Origin: Patescibacteria group bacterium
Lineage (GTDB): Bacteria; Patescibacteriota; Microgenomatia; Levybacterales; UBA12049
Direction of reading: 5' to 3'
Assembly: GCA_041743715.1 (NCBI GenBank)
Contig: JBGTMH010000069.1
Coordinates: 1 to 59,014, forward strand
DNA length: 59,014 bases
In this document: in pieces, positions 17,379-27,277 of the stretch
How positions within the stretch are numbered: position 1 is the stretch's first letter
Layout: every line of letters begins with the position of its first letter
Translations under genes and position numbers: made by a program
The notes under the pieces: model-generated
The model's database searches: none
Told to the model about the DNA's origin: nothing
Seen by the model: only the letters and a program-made list of their open reading frames with translations

Positions 17379-18182
17379 TTATTTGGGGTAAAAATTGAGA
17401 AGGTCTACTTTTATGTTTGGGTCTTTTGCATTTACTAGTTCTTTGAATTTATTGATATCCGCTAACCCATCTTGTCCTCTGTAGTGGTACGGGTGGACAA
17501 CTTTTGGTTTAAATGCAAGGACTCCTTCAGCAGCCTCTTCAACACTCATGGTAAATGGAAGATTCATGGGGACAAATGCACTATCTATATTCTTAAGCGC
17601 TCGCATTTCAGGTGTAGCACTCGTGTCCCCTGCTATATATACCCGTTTTCCATCAGCGCTTAAGACGTATCCATTTCCACGACCTTTTGTATGACGGGCA
17701 TCTTCTGACTCAGGCAAGTTATACATGGGTATTGCCTCAATTTCTACTCCTTTTAGTGGTGTCTTCTTTCCATTATCTAACACGATCACAGTTCCTGGAA
17801 GATCTTTGGGTAGCATATCAGAAACTGCTTGAGGCACGACAATTACCGTATCTTCTTTTGAGACAGCGTTAAGCGTCTCAGGATTCAAATGATCCCCATG
17901 GATATCTGTTACAAGAATAATATTTGGTGCTGGCTGTCCTGCAAATGCTTCCGCTCCTCCAACTGGGTCTGTATAAATTACCTGCCCTCCAAGATGTAGG
18001 ACCATTGTGGCATGTGATATTGGAGTAACTTTCACTGAACTTTCACTCGTATTGGTATTTAAAGAATTCGTACTTTCCATTTTGTCCCCCTGTTTTTCGT
18101 TATAAATATAATTATTAAAGGCAAAGAAACCTACAATTAAGACCACGATAATTGCAATGATTATAACAAGCCTATTTTTCAT
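17379..18182 (-). CDS. membrane-anchored MBL-fold metallo-hydrolase
   Basis: N-terminal TM. VTDIHGDHLN and a later HPYHY histidine cluster, typical of UPF0173-like beta-lactamase-fold proteins. Confidence 0.7.
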   Translation of the reverse strand: MKNRLVIIIAIIVVLIVGFFAFNNYIYNEKQGDKMESTNSLNTNTSESSVKVTPISHATMVLHLGGQVIYTDPVGGAEAFAGQPAPNIILVTDIHGDHLNPETLNAVSKEDTVIVVPQAVSDMLPKDLPGTVIVLDNGKKTPLKGVEIEAIPMYNLPESEDARHTKGRGNGYVLSADGKRVYIAGDTSATPEMRALKNIDSAFVPMNLPFTMSVEEAAEGVLAFKPKVVHPYHYRGQDGLADINKFKELVNAKDPNIKVDLLNFYPK

Positions 18183-18294
18183 TTTACTACGTTTATTATA
18201 GCACCTAATTATTTTTATTTCATTCTATTTTCATCACTTGGCTGTAAGTAAGATACAAGATTTTATGCTAAAATCGAGACATAATGTGTAAATT

Positions 18295-19422
18295 ATGAAA
18301 GAAAAATTTTCATTAAAGGACTGGTTATTTAACGAAGAAAAAGTAACCAAGATAGCAAACGAAATTCATGGTGTTTATCCTGATTTTGATACTGGGCATT
18401 TTATCAGGACAACGGTTGCACAGTTCCCTTCTCTTGAATTAAAGGCACGGATTTCTTGGATTAGTGAAAATTTAAAATTACATCTGCCTCAAGATTACCG
18501 CCAGGCAATGACCATACTTCTTGCATCACTCCCTCAACCACATGATAACAGCTGAACAGATAATGATTTTGGGGATTTTATTTATGCCCCATATGCTGAG
18601 TTTGTCGCCAAGAATGGTTGTAATAAAGATAATCTCGAGTTCTCACTTAAGGCTTTGAAAGAAATTACGATGCGCTTCTCCGCAGAAGACGCGATTCGAT
18701 ATTTTATCAATGCCTATCCCAAACAAACACTCGCTGCACTTTTACGCTTTAGCCGCGATCGGCATTATCATGTCAGAAGACTTGCTAGTGAAGGGACAAG
18801 ACCCAAATTACCTTGGGCACAAAAGATCAATATACCTATCCAAGATCCGCTACCGATTTTGGATAATTTATTTTCAGATAAGACTCGCTTTGTAACCAGA
18901 TCTGTTGCCAACCATCTCAATGATATTTCGAAAATAAATCCTGAGCTCACACTTATGACGCTGAAAATATGGCAACAATCAGGAAAACAAGACCCGAAAG
19001 AAATGGAATATATAACAAACCATTCATTAAGAACACTTATCAAACAAGGATATAAAAATGCTATTACGTATCTCAATTTTTCCATAGAGCCGGAAGTGAC
19101 GATCTCTGATTTTACAATTATCAAAAATCCAGTAAAGATCGGGACGTCACTTGATTTTGCACTGACACTAACTGCACTGAAAGAAGAACAAGTATTGATT
19201 GATTACATTATCTCTTACCAAAATAAAAAAGGTGCGATGAGCAGCAAAAAAATCTTTAAAATCAAAAAACTCAACATGTTAAAAAATCAAAAACTGACCA
19301 TCCAAAAACGACACCCTATGAGAGAAAATATGACGACACGAACACTCTATCCAGGAGAACATAAAATTGAAATTCAGATCAATGGAAAAATTGTCGGGGG
19401 GGGAAATTTTGATGTAACGTAA
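18295..19422 (+). pseudogene. DNA alkylation repair protein (AlkD/YhaZ-like HEAT-repeat family) interrupted by one in-frame TGA
   Basis: Track ORFs 18295..18555 and 18655..19422 are in the same frame, and the frame stays open from 18556 onward. The only interruption is TGA 18553..18555. The family signature RLASEGTRPKLPWAQKI is present. Confidence 0.7.
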
Positions 19423-19423
19423 A

Positions 19424-20146
19424 TTATATACCAGCTACTCCAACGAGTCTTCCGATTCCATATGTCACGACCATAGCAACTGCTCCACCAATGACTACGC
19501 GTATTACAGCTTTGAGGACATTCGCCTCACCTGCTTTTGCGCTTAATACACCAGTGATTATTAAAGCAATTACGACAGAAATAAACGTTATGGGAATACG
19601 TAGGGCTTCAGCGGGTAAGAGGATTGCAATCAAAGGAATGAGTGCGCCTGCAAGAAAAGAAAGTGCGGAAGCGAATGCAGCATGCCAAGGATTTGTGAGG
19701 TTATCAGGATCAATTCCTAACTCCACATCGACATGTGCCGCAAATGCATCATGCGCAGTGAGTTCTTTGGCGACAAGATGGGCAGTCGAAGCCGAGAGGC
19801 CTTTTTTTTCATACAGATGTGCTAACTCCTCCAGCTCCTCTTTGGGATAATTCTTTAACTCAAATCGTTCTTTCTCAAGCAATGCTTTTTCAGTATCTCT
19901 TGAGCTACTGACAGACACATATTCTCCGGCTGCCATTGAAATTGCGCCTGCTATGATACCCGCAAAACCAGCTGCCACGATAACGGTCTGTGATGAAGTC
20001 GCGCCCGCCACTCCTAAAACTAACCCTGCAATAGATACAATACCATCATTTGCGCCGAGCACTGATGCTCTAAGCCAATTTAATTTAGAAAGATGATTAG
20101 TTGCGTGGGGTTCATGGTGGGTGTGCATATAAATACTTTTTTTCAT
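19424..20146 (-). CDS. VIT1/CCC1-family iron/manganese transporter
   Basis: LGANDGIVSIAGLVLGVAGA signature, a His-rich N-terminus, and C-terminal TM helices. Confidence 0.85.
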   Translation of the reverse strand: MKKSIYMHTHHEPHATNHLSKLNWLRASVLGANDGIVSIAGLVLGVAGATSSQTVIVAAGFAGIIAGAISMAAGEYVSVSSSRDTEKALLEKERFELKNYPKEELEELAHLYEKKGLSASTAHLVAKELTAHDAFAAHVDVELGIDPDNLTNPWHAAFASALSFLAGALIPLIAILLPAEALRIPITFISVVIALIITGVLSAKAGEANVLKAVIRVVIGGAVAMVVTYGIGRLVGVAGI

Positions 20147-20215
20147 CTTCTTAAGTAGTATAACATTTTAACAAGTACTACTAAATCTCCGTTGTAGAAA
20201 AATACTATTCTTGTT

Positions 20216-21205
20216 ATGCTTGAGATAATGAAATTATCTTTTCTTCTTTTTTTTTCGTTTGCGACACCGCTTGCACTTTTTCTTGGAACAATTCTCTATG
20301 GTGGCATCACGAATGATAATATTAAAAAAGCGCTTGCCCAGTCCCCAGTCTATACGCAAATCAGTAATCATTTCAAAAATCAAGATGCGCAAGTTGTCAC
20401 TCAAAAACAATTCTCACCGATTTTTGTTAGCAAACGATTAACTCCGGAGTATATTAAGACAAAAACCGAATCCACAATTGACGACTCAACAAATTGGGTT
20501 ACAGGGAAATCGCAGACAGTTCCAGTACTTTCTTTAAACGAGCTCAAGACGGATATGCAAAGAGAGCATCCTGAACTACTCAAGGCTATTGAACACGTAC
20601 CTACTGAATCTGAACTCAAAGGATCAAATTTAAACGAAAAAGAATTGGATAGATATCTTGAACAGGCAACACAACTTAGTTCCTTCGCAAAAGCAGATTT
20701 TACACTCACACTCGATAGACATCTAGAGGGATTTAAATTAGTCTACGAAGTCTTACAAATAGCACTGCCATTACTTGTGGTACTCCTTATTTGCAGTCTC
20801 CTCATGCTTGCAAAGTTGGCTAATGGAGTGCCTGCAAAGTTCAAATGGATAGGAGCTGCTTTGCTGACAAGTAGTATAGTGGGTTTCGGCTGCATATTCC
20901 TTACTACGTATATCTCCAGCACTATTGCACAAACGAACCTTCTGGAGCTATCAGATTTTCTTATGCTCTTTACTCCTATCATCATAACAGTACTGAATCA
21001 TTACCTTGCTGTCTACACTGGTTACCAAATAACCGCAAGCACTGTATTACTCGTATGTGCTGGGGTATGTTTTTTAAGTGCAGTACTTACGAGAAAACAA
21101 GCAGCTCCGATAATAAAACCCCTGAACGTAGAGCATTCTTATTGGGTACAACCGATAAAAGAAATCGAGCCCGAGCCTTCCGGAGAATCTAAGAACTCAA
21201 AGTAA
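20216..21205 (+). CDS. hypothetical membrane protein
   Basis: N-terminal TM, a roughly 150-aa soluble segment, then about 4 C-terminal TM helices. No recognised motif. Confidence 0.6.
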   Translation: MLEIMKLSFLLFFSFATPLALFLGTILYGGITNDNIKKALAQSPVYTQISNHFKNQDAQVVTQKQFSPIFVSKRLTPEYIKTKTESTIDDSTNWVTGKSQTVPVLSLNELKTDMQREHPELLKAIEHVPTESELKGSNLNEKELDRYLEQATQLSSFAKADFTLTLDRHLEGFKLVYEVLQIALPLLVVLLICSLLMLAKLANGVPAKFKWIGAALLTSSIVGFGCIFLTTYISSTIAQTNLLELSDFLMLFTPIIITVLNHYLAVYTGYQITASTVLLVCAGVCFLSAVLTRKQAAPIIKPLNVEHSYWVQPIKEIEPEPSGESKNSK

Positions 21206-21286
21206 TAAGCAGCACATTCTAATGCGTATTTCCATCCTTCTCAGACTTGAAGCGCCCAACCCCAGATATTTTAAAATTAACATACG

Positions 21287-21318
21287 AAAAAAAATAGGAC
21301 GGTGTTTGATACTGTCCT
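21287..21318 (-). terminator. rho-independent terminator oriented on the minus strand
   Basis: 8-bp stem (21296..21303 with 21311..21318, one G-U pair) and a 7-nt loop, followed on the minus strand by A then T8 (21294..21287). No U-tract in the plus orientation. Confidence 0.6.
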
Positions 21319-21376
21319 GCAGAAAACGAACATAAAAACTTGAAAAAGCTTTTAGCTTAAGTCATAATAAATTACT

Positions 21377-22153
21377 ATGCATTTACTCTGGACTGGGTCT
21401 ATTAGTTTTGGGCTTATCACTATCCCAGTTACTATGTATTCTGCTTCCAAAGCCAGAACGCTTGAGTTTAATTTGCTTCGTAAGAGTGATATGAGCCCAA
21501 TTTCTTTTAAAAGAGTCAGCAGTACGACTGGAGAAGAAGTCCCATATGATGAAATTGTGAAAGGCTTTGAATATAAGGAGGGTGCGTATGTGGTTCTTGA
21601 TAAAGAGGATTTTAAAAGAGCTAGCCCGGAAAAATCTGAAAGGATTGATATTGAAGAATTCATCAATTGGGATGAGATAGATGCTAAATATTATGAAAAG
21701 CCTTATTATCTCGAGCCAGGAAAAGGAGCTGACAAAGCCTATGTTCTCCTGCGGGAAGCACTTACTCAAGAGAAAAAAATGGCAGTCGCCCGCATGGTCT
21801 TTCGCGAACGGGAAGATCTCGTCGTTGTAAAACCTGATGGTGACCTCCTCTTAGTAATCCAGATTCGTTATGAAGACGAGCTCAGGACACCAATAGAACT
21901 AAAAATTCCCAAAAGTGCAGATGTTTCAAAAAAAGAAGTTACCATGGCTATTGAGTTGATTGATCAAATGAAAGGTAGATTCCGCCCTTCTTCATTCCAC
22001 GATACATATACAGAAAAATTAATGAAGATAATTTTGGATAAAGCTCACGGGAAAAAACTGCAACCATTGCCCAAACAGTCCCAACCTACGGAACCCACAG
22101 ATCTTGTCGCACAACTTCGCGCTAGCTTAGAACACCATCGAGGGAAGAAATGA
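21377..22153 (+). CDS. ku: Ku DNA end-binding protein (NHEJ)
   Basis: LWTGSISFGLITIPVTMYSA N-terminus typical of bacterial Ku. TTGAAA-N17-CATAAT lies 8 nt upstream of the ATG. Confidence 0.9.
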   Translation: MHLLWTGSISFGLITIPVTMYSASKARTLEFNLLRKSDMSPISFKRVSSTTGEEVPYDEIVKGFEYKEGAYVVLDKEDFKRASPEKSERIDIEEFINWDEIDAKYYEKPYYLEPGKGADKAYVLLREALTQEKKMAVARMVFREREDLVVVKPDGDLLLVIQIRYEDELRTPIELKIPKSADVSKKEVTMAIELIDQMKGRFRPSSFHDTYTEKLMKIILDKAHGKKLQPLPKQSQPTEPTDLVAQLRASLEHHRGKK

Positions 22154-24570
22154 CTCTTACCACATATCGTAAAAAAAGACACTTTGCAAAAACCCCTGAG
22201 CCAAAAGGGAAACATATATCTCAAGGAAAACAGTTGTGCTTTGTCGTCCAAAAGCACGCTGCATCTCATCTGCATTATGATTTTCGTTTAGAAATGGAGG
22301 GTGTTTTGAAAAGCTGGGCCGTGCCGAAAGGTCCCTCGATGAATCCTGCTGATAAACATCTGGCAGTTATGGTTGAAGATCATCCTTATGCATACCGCAA
22401 ATTCAAAGGCACTATTCCCAAAGGGAATTACGGAGCTGGGACAGTTGCAATCTGGGACGAAGGCACCTATGCCCCAGCCGCACCCGGGAAAAATGCCGAA
22501 ACAGTTTTACTCGAGGAGCTTAAAAAAGGAGATCTAAAAATTATTCTCCATGGGAAAAAATTAAAAGGAGAATTTGCTTTAGTCAGAATGGGCAAAGATG
22601 AAGATAATTGGTTGCTCATTAAAAAAGCCGATACATATCAAACAGAAGAAAATATTCTCAAAGAAGAAATTCCAGCTAGCGTTCTCAGAAAGATCCTTAT
22701 GAAGGGTAAAAAAATAAGCATACCTCACGAAGTAAAACCAATGTTGGCAAATCTTGCAAAGAATCCCTTTAATGATCCTGCGTGGCTATATGAACTCAAA
22801 TGGGATGGTTACCGAGCGCTTTCGGAAATTCATAAAGGAAAGATCCGCCTCTATTCTCGAAACAAGCAAGAATATAATATAGTTTTTCAGGAAATAGTTA
22901 CTGCACTCGAGCGAATATCAAACGATGTTGTCCTCGATGGTGAAATTGTAGCATTTGATAAAAACGGAAAATCAAGTTTCCAATTCATCCAAGATTATCG
23001 CAAAACACCTCAGGGTATAACACTCGTGTATTATGTCTTTGATCTTCTTTATATCGATGGCTATGACATCCGTGACTTACCACTCATAGAAAGAAAAACC
23101 ATCCTTAAAGAAATTCTTCTAGAAAACACGCTTCTGAAATATAGCGATCATATAGAAAATTATGGTTTGCAGTTATTTGAATTAGCAAAAGTAAAAAATA
23201 TGGAAGGAATTATCGCGAAGAAAAAGGACAGTAAATATGTTCCTACCCGAAGTTCTGAATGGTTGAAAATAAAACATATCCAGATGCAAGAAGCAGTTAT
23301 TTGCGGTTTTACACAACCCAGTGGACATAGAAAATACTTTGGTGCTTTGATACTGGGAATCTATGAAAATAGTGAACTGAGATATGCCGGCCACACGGGA
23401 GGAGGGTTTGATGACGATAAATTAAAAGAAATAACCACTTTATTAAAACCACTGACTACTACCGCGTCACCTTTCCAGGTCACACCACCTACGAATACCC
23501 CAGCCACTTGGGTCCAGCCAAAACTCGTTTGTCAAATAAAATTTAGCGAATGGACGAGAGACGGCCTCATGCGCCAGCCAATTTTCTTAGGTCTTCGTGA
23601 AGATAAAAAACCTGAAGAAGTAACGCAAGAAACTCTTCAGGCCAATACAAAAATATCTGGTAAAAAAACTTTCCCGAAAAAGCAAAAAATACAATTGACA
23701 AATCTTACCAAAATTTTTTGGCCAAGAGAAACCTATACAAAAGGCGATCTTATCAAGTATTATGAACGTATTGCTCCTGTTATTCTTCCTTATCTTAAAG
23801 ATCGACCCGAATCGTTACTTCGACATCCTGATGGAATTACCTGTGTTGGTTTTTTTCAAAAAGACATGTCGCAAGCCCCACCCTGGGTAAAAACAATCCA
23901 ACTCTTTTCCGAATCAGAAAAAAAAACAATCCATTGGCTCCTCTGTAATGACCAGAACACGTTGCTCTATATGGCAAATCTCGGCTGCATCGAAATAAAT
24001 CCTTGGAGCAGCCGCTACCATAAAAAAGACTATCCCGACTATCTCATCATAGATCTTGACCCCAATGACATTCCCTTTGCAGAAGTAGTCCATACAGCCC
24101 AGTACATCAAAAAACTCATGGACCAAGTAGAAATAGAAGCCTTCATAAAAACTTCTGGCAAAACAGGCCTCCACATCCTTGTACCCCTAGGAGCCAAATA
24201 TACGTTCCATCAAACAAGACAATTTGCCGAAATCCTCGCCAATACCGTCTCACAAGAACTCCCCCACACCACAAGCGTAGTCAGAGACCCAAAAAAAAGA
24301 GAAAAAAAAGTCTATATAGATTTCCTCCAAAACAGAATCGGCCAAACCCTCGCCGCCCCCTACTCCATCCGCCCAGTCCCCCATGCACCAGTCTCCACCC
24401 CATTGCGCTGGGATGAACTCAATAATACCTTTCATCCGACAGACTTTACAATAAAAAATATTTTTAAACGGTTGGATAAACACCAAGACATCTGGAAAGG
24501 ATTTCTTCATCATAAGGGAATAAATATGCTGAAAAGTTTGGATTTGCTGATGAAAGCTTTCAGGGCTTAA
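22150..24570 (+). CDS. ligD: three-domain DNA ligase D (phosphoesterase - ATP-dependent ligase - polymerase/primase)
   Basis: PE motif HAASHLHYDFRLE; ligase adenylation lysine ELKWDGYRA; polymerase-domain motifs IIDLDP and KTSGKTGLHILVPL. ATGA overlap with ku. Confidence 0.9.
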   Translation: MTLTTYRKKRHFAKTPEPKGKHISQGKQLCFVVQKHAASHLHYDFRLEMEGVLKSWAVPKGPSMNPADKHLAVMVEDHPYAYRKFKGTIPKGNYGAGTVAIWDEGTYAPAAPGKNAETVLLEELKKGDLKIILHGKKLKGEFALVRMGKDEDNWLLIKKADTYQTEENILKEEIPASVLRKILMKGKKISIPHEVKPMLANLAKNPFNDPAWLYELKWDGYRALSEIHKGKIRLYSRNKQEYNIVFQEIVTALERISNDVVLDGEIVAFDKNGKSSFQFIQDYRKTPQGITLVYYVFDLLYIDGYDIRDLPLIERKTILKEILLENTLLKYSDHIENYGLQLFELAKVKNMEGIIAKKKDSKYVPTRSSEWLKIKHIQMQEAVICGFTQPSGHRKYFGALILGIYENSELRYAGHTGGGFDDDKLKEITTLLKPLTTTASPFQVTPPTNTPATWVQPKLVCQIKFSEWTRDGLMRQPIFLGLREDKKPEEVTQETLQANTKISGKKTFPKKQKIQLTNLTKIFWPRETYTKGDLIKYYERIAPVILPYLKDRPESLLRHPDGITCVGFFQKDMSQAPPWVKTIQLFSESEKKTIHWLLCNDQNTLLYMANLGCIEINPWSSRYHKKDYPDYLIIDLDPNDIPFAEVVHTAQYIKKLMDQVEIEAFIKTSGKTGLHILVPLGAKYTFHQTRQFAEILANTVSQELPHTTSVVRDPKKREKKVYIDFLQNRIGQTLAAPYSIRPVPHAPVSTPLRWDELNNTFHPTDFTIKNIFKRLDKHQDIWKGFLHHKGINMLKSLDLLMKAFRA

Positions 24571-24659
24571 GTTTGACCTGCATACTTTATTTCATCTAAT
24601 TCCTCTCCGCCTTTTTCGACCAATGGTTATAGTTCCTGCACCCAAAGATAGATTAGGCC

Positions 24660-24693
24660 CTTGATACCCTTACACTTGATACTTTTGATACCC
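24660..24693. repeat. second TTGATAC array (3 copies)
   Basis: TTGATAC at 24660, 24675 and 24684. cttgatacttttgataccct (24674..24693) is identical to 2062..2081. Lies 33-63 nt upstream of a TTGACA -35 (24723). Confidence 0.8.
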
Positions 24694-24774
24694 TATCTAG
24701 TGCTTACCTTTTGGAAACTATATTGACACAAAGGTATTCTGGTGTTAGCATAGCTATACTTCAACTGCCAATAT

Positions 24775-25734
24775 ATGAACACACCTCAGTCAAAAATTCA
24801 GAATGATACAAAGCTTCTTGATGCTTATTCAAATGCTGTTATAGATGTTGTTGATACTGTGGGGCCTGCTGTTGTGCAGATCTACGTTGACAAAAAATCC
24901 AATGATGCGGCCTTTGGTGGACAAGGGATGGGGTCGGGGTTTCTGGTCACTCCTGATGGATTTGTCTTGACAAATAATCATGTTGTTGAAAGTGCGAAAG
25001 ATATTCAAGTCATGGTGACAAGTGGACAAACGTATAATGGGACATTGGTCGGCACTGATCCTGCCACGGATTTAGCACTTGTCCGTATGCTCGGTCAAGA
25101 TTTACCTTTTGCACAGCTTGGTGATTCAGATCAGTTAAAAGTCGGACAATTGGTTATTGCTATCGGCAATCCTTATGGATTTCAGAACACGGTTTCGACC
25201 GGTGTCGTTTCGGCTCTTGGACGGGCTATGAGAAGTACCTCTGGTAAGATGATTGAGAATATAATTCAGAGTGATGTCTCACTCAATCCAGGGAACTCAG
25301 GGGGGCCACTTGTGGATAGTCGTGGCAAAGTGATCGGCATCAATACTGCGATGATTCAAATCGCGCAGGGCATCAGTCTCTCAATTTCTAGTAATATTGC
25401 AACATGGGTTATAAGTGAATTGATAAGTTTTGGACATGTGAGAAGAGGGGTACTCGGCATAACCGCCGCAACGACTTCGATTCCCGTACAAATCCAAAAA
25501 ATATTCAAATTACAGTCCCCCGCTGTTGTTGAAATTATGTCAGTCCAAAAAGGAAGTCCTGCTCACAAATCGAATTTACAAAAAGGAGATCTCCTTTTTG
25601 AGGTAAATGGCAAAAAAATCTCAGGCGTTGATCAGCTCACAAAGGCGATAAGTCAAAAACCTGCAGGAACGACTTTTGCAATCACATTTCTCCGAAATTT
25701 CAGACTTCACAGTGTGTCGATTACATCAAATTAA
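24775..25734 (+). CDS. HtrA-like trypsin-fold serine protease with PDZ, no obvious signal anchor
   Basis: TNNHVV, DLALVRM, GNSGGPLVD. C-terminal PDZ LQKGDLLFEVNGKKI. Confidence 0.85.
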   Translation: MNTPQSKIQNDTKLLDAYSNAVIDVVDTVGPAVVQIYVDKKSNDAAFGGQGMGSGFLVTPDGFVLTNNHVVESAKDIQVMVTSGQTYNGTLVGTDPATDLALVRMLGQDLPFAQLGDSDQLKVGQLVIAIGNPYGFQNTVSTGVVSALGRAMRSTSGKMIENIIQSDVSLNPGNSGGPLVDSRGKVIGINTAMIQIAQGISLSISSNIATWVISELISFGHVRRGVLGITAATTSIPVQIQKIFKLQSPAVVEIMSVQKGSPAHKSNLQKGDLLFEVNGKKISGVDQLTKAISQKPAGTTFAITFLRNFRLHSVSITSN

Positions 25735-25748
25735 AAAAACAGACATCC

Positions 25749-26552
25749 TCAAATTTTTTTAATTAACTCCACCGATCTCTTAATTCCCTCAAAATCATAC
25801 TTTCTCAAACGCACTTTACTTGGATAATAGACTTCCAATGTTATTAACCCACTATAATTTCTTTGTTTTAATTCTTCGATAAATTCAGTCGTTTTGAAGT
25901 CGCCCATATCCAGAGGTAAATGATCTTTATGACGAGTAAAACTACTCAAATGAATATTTTTTATATTGGGGAATATTTCAGCAAACCATGACTCTTTCTG
26001 AGGCCGACTAGAAGATGTATGTGATGTATCAAACGTTATTCCTAGTCCAAAATCTTGAACAGCTTTGAGTACTTTTCTAGGATTCGTAGCATCCGAGTGA
26101 TATGGCAAATATCGTTTTAGTATTTTGGCCCGGACTCCTAAAGGCATATTCTCAAGTAATATATCAACGCTATATTTCTTTTGCAGGTCTGCTAATCTCT
26201 TTAAATATGTTACCATCCGTTCATCTGAAAATGCACATCTTGCAAGAGGATGAAATACAAAGGTATTTATACCAATCCGTTTTGCTGCTGCTATACAGCC
26301 TTCATCAAACCACACACCCGCAATACCCCAGAGGGGTTGATGAACAGAAGTAATAGGCAAATTATAGTGCGCTGATAATTCTTTAACTTTTGTAAAATTC
26401 CAACGGGATTTAAACCCAGGTACAAGCTCAACTCCATCTGCCCCAGCCTCTTTAAGACCAGAGTACATATAATCTAAACTAACAAAAAGTGGAGAATCGG
26501 TAACTGAAACACTGACCTTAAAAAGATTACTCTTTGCATTCATATTCAACAT
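25749..26552 (-). CDS. xylose-isomerase-like TIM-barrel protein (sugar phosphate isomerase/epimerase family)
   Basis: Pattern VHQP.., FVFHP, LLENM, ITFDTSH, HLSSF..HLPLDMGD is typical of the AP_endonuc_2 TIM-barrel family. Confidence 0.65.
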   Translation of the reverse strand: MLNMNAKSNLFKVSVSVTDSPLFVSLDYMYSGLKEAGADGVELVPGFKSRWNFTKVKELSAHYNLPITSVHQPLWGIAGVWFDEGCIAAAKRIGINTFVFHPLARCAFSDERMVTYLKRLADLQKKYSVDILLENMPLGVRAKILKRYLPYHSDATNPRKVLKAVQDFGLGITFDTSHTSSSRPQKESWFAEIFPNIKNIHLSSFTRHKDHLPLDMGDFKTTEFIEELKQRNYSGLITLEVYYPSKVRLRKYDFEGIKRSVELIKKI

Positions 26553-26756
26553 GCTTGCGTCTTTTCACTATACCAAAAGCCAAGGTCATTATGTATAAGC
26601 TATTCTCTATTCATCTCTTTACGTTATGATTATTTTTAATGAGACTGTGAAGCGACAAACAGAAACTCAAGTTTTAAAGAAGGATAGTACATAAAAATCC
26701 GCATATTTATTTTAACTTTATAAATCAACTTAATGATATAATACAGAAGAATATTT

Positions 26757-27242
26757 ATGTCACGTCCAGAACAGCCACAAGAAAGATATACAGCAGGAAT
26801 GCAATCACAATCCCTTTCAGGAGAAACCTCGAGATTCGGAACTCCTGTGGAAGCACAATTGAGTATAGATTATCGGTCTATGTCCTTATCTGTTAAACGA
26901 AGTGTAGGTTCTTCTCAGCTATTAACACCGAGCCCTGCAGATGTTAATGCAGCAGTAATTAGATATCTTGCGGCACGTTATGGAAAACATGTATCCAAGG
27001 ACGAATTGGAACCTGTTATTAATAATACTGGATCTGAAGAAAATGTAAGCACTGTCATAGCACGTGCAAAGAAAATCCTTCGTGATAATGATCGTAATAA
27101 TCTGCATCCCTTGATTATTACGGACGGCATAGGAGATCGGGCAACTTATATGATTGGAGGAAAAAATCGAGTCACTATCATTGCAGAAGATGGTACTACG
27201 ACAATTTATGATCCTGACACTCCAGAAAGTAGGGTTGCATAG
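26757..27242 (+). CDS. hypothetical protein with one OmpR/PhoB-type winged-helix-like module
   Basis: PSPADVNAAVIRYLAARYGKHVSKDELEPVI...VSTVIARAKKILRD...ITDGIGDRATYMI resembles the repeat unit of the 618-aa protein at 48224..50080. Confidence 0.55.
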   Translation: MSRPEQPQERYTAGMQSQSLSGETSRFGTPVEAQLSIDYRSMSLSVKRSVGSSQLLTPSPADVNAAVIRYLAARYGKHVSKDELEPVINNTGSEENVSTVIARAKKILRDNDRNNLHPLIITDGIGDRATYMIGGKNRVTIIAEDGTTTIYDPDTPESRVA

Positions 27243-27277
27243 ACACTAGCACAAGAATCGATGTGACAAATTGAGTC

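Noticed and set aside
18553-18555. Genome-wide UGA reassignment (code 25 Gly or code 4 Trp), or selenocysteine, as the explanation for the in-frame TGA
   Set aside because: TGA clearly terminates ssb right after the conserved DDIPF tail and terminates the gene ending at 5467. Long ORFs throughout are intact under code 11. No SECIS-like hairpin follows the codon and no sel genes are visible.
21306-21312. A single TTGATAC upstream of the ku promoter as a third regulon member
   Set aside because: A 7-mer is expected several times by chance in 59 kb on two strands, and other isolated hits occur (for example 8853, 16613). Only the clustered arrays are meaningful.
21352-21769. Two minus-strand ORFs (104 and 128 aa) antisense to ku; similar antisense ORFs occur throughout the track (for example 912..1112, 3289..3948, 19491..19850, 28503..28904, 37202..37609)
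   Set aside because: They are fully embedded antisense to genes with strong family signatures. They have low-complexity or Ser/Cys/Phe-rich translations typical of shadow ORFs in AT-rich DNA.
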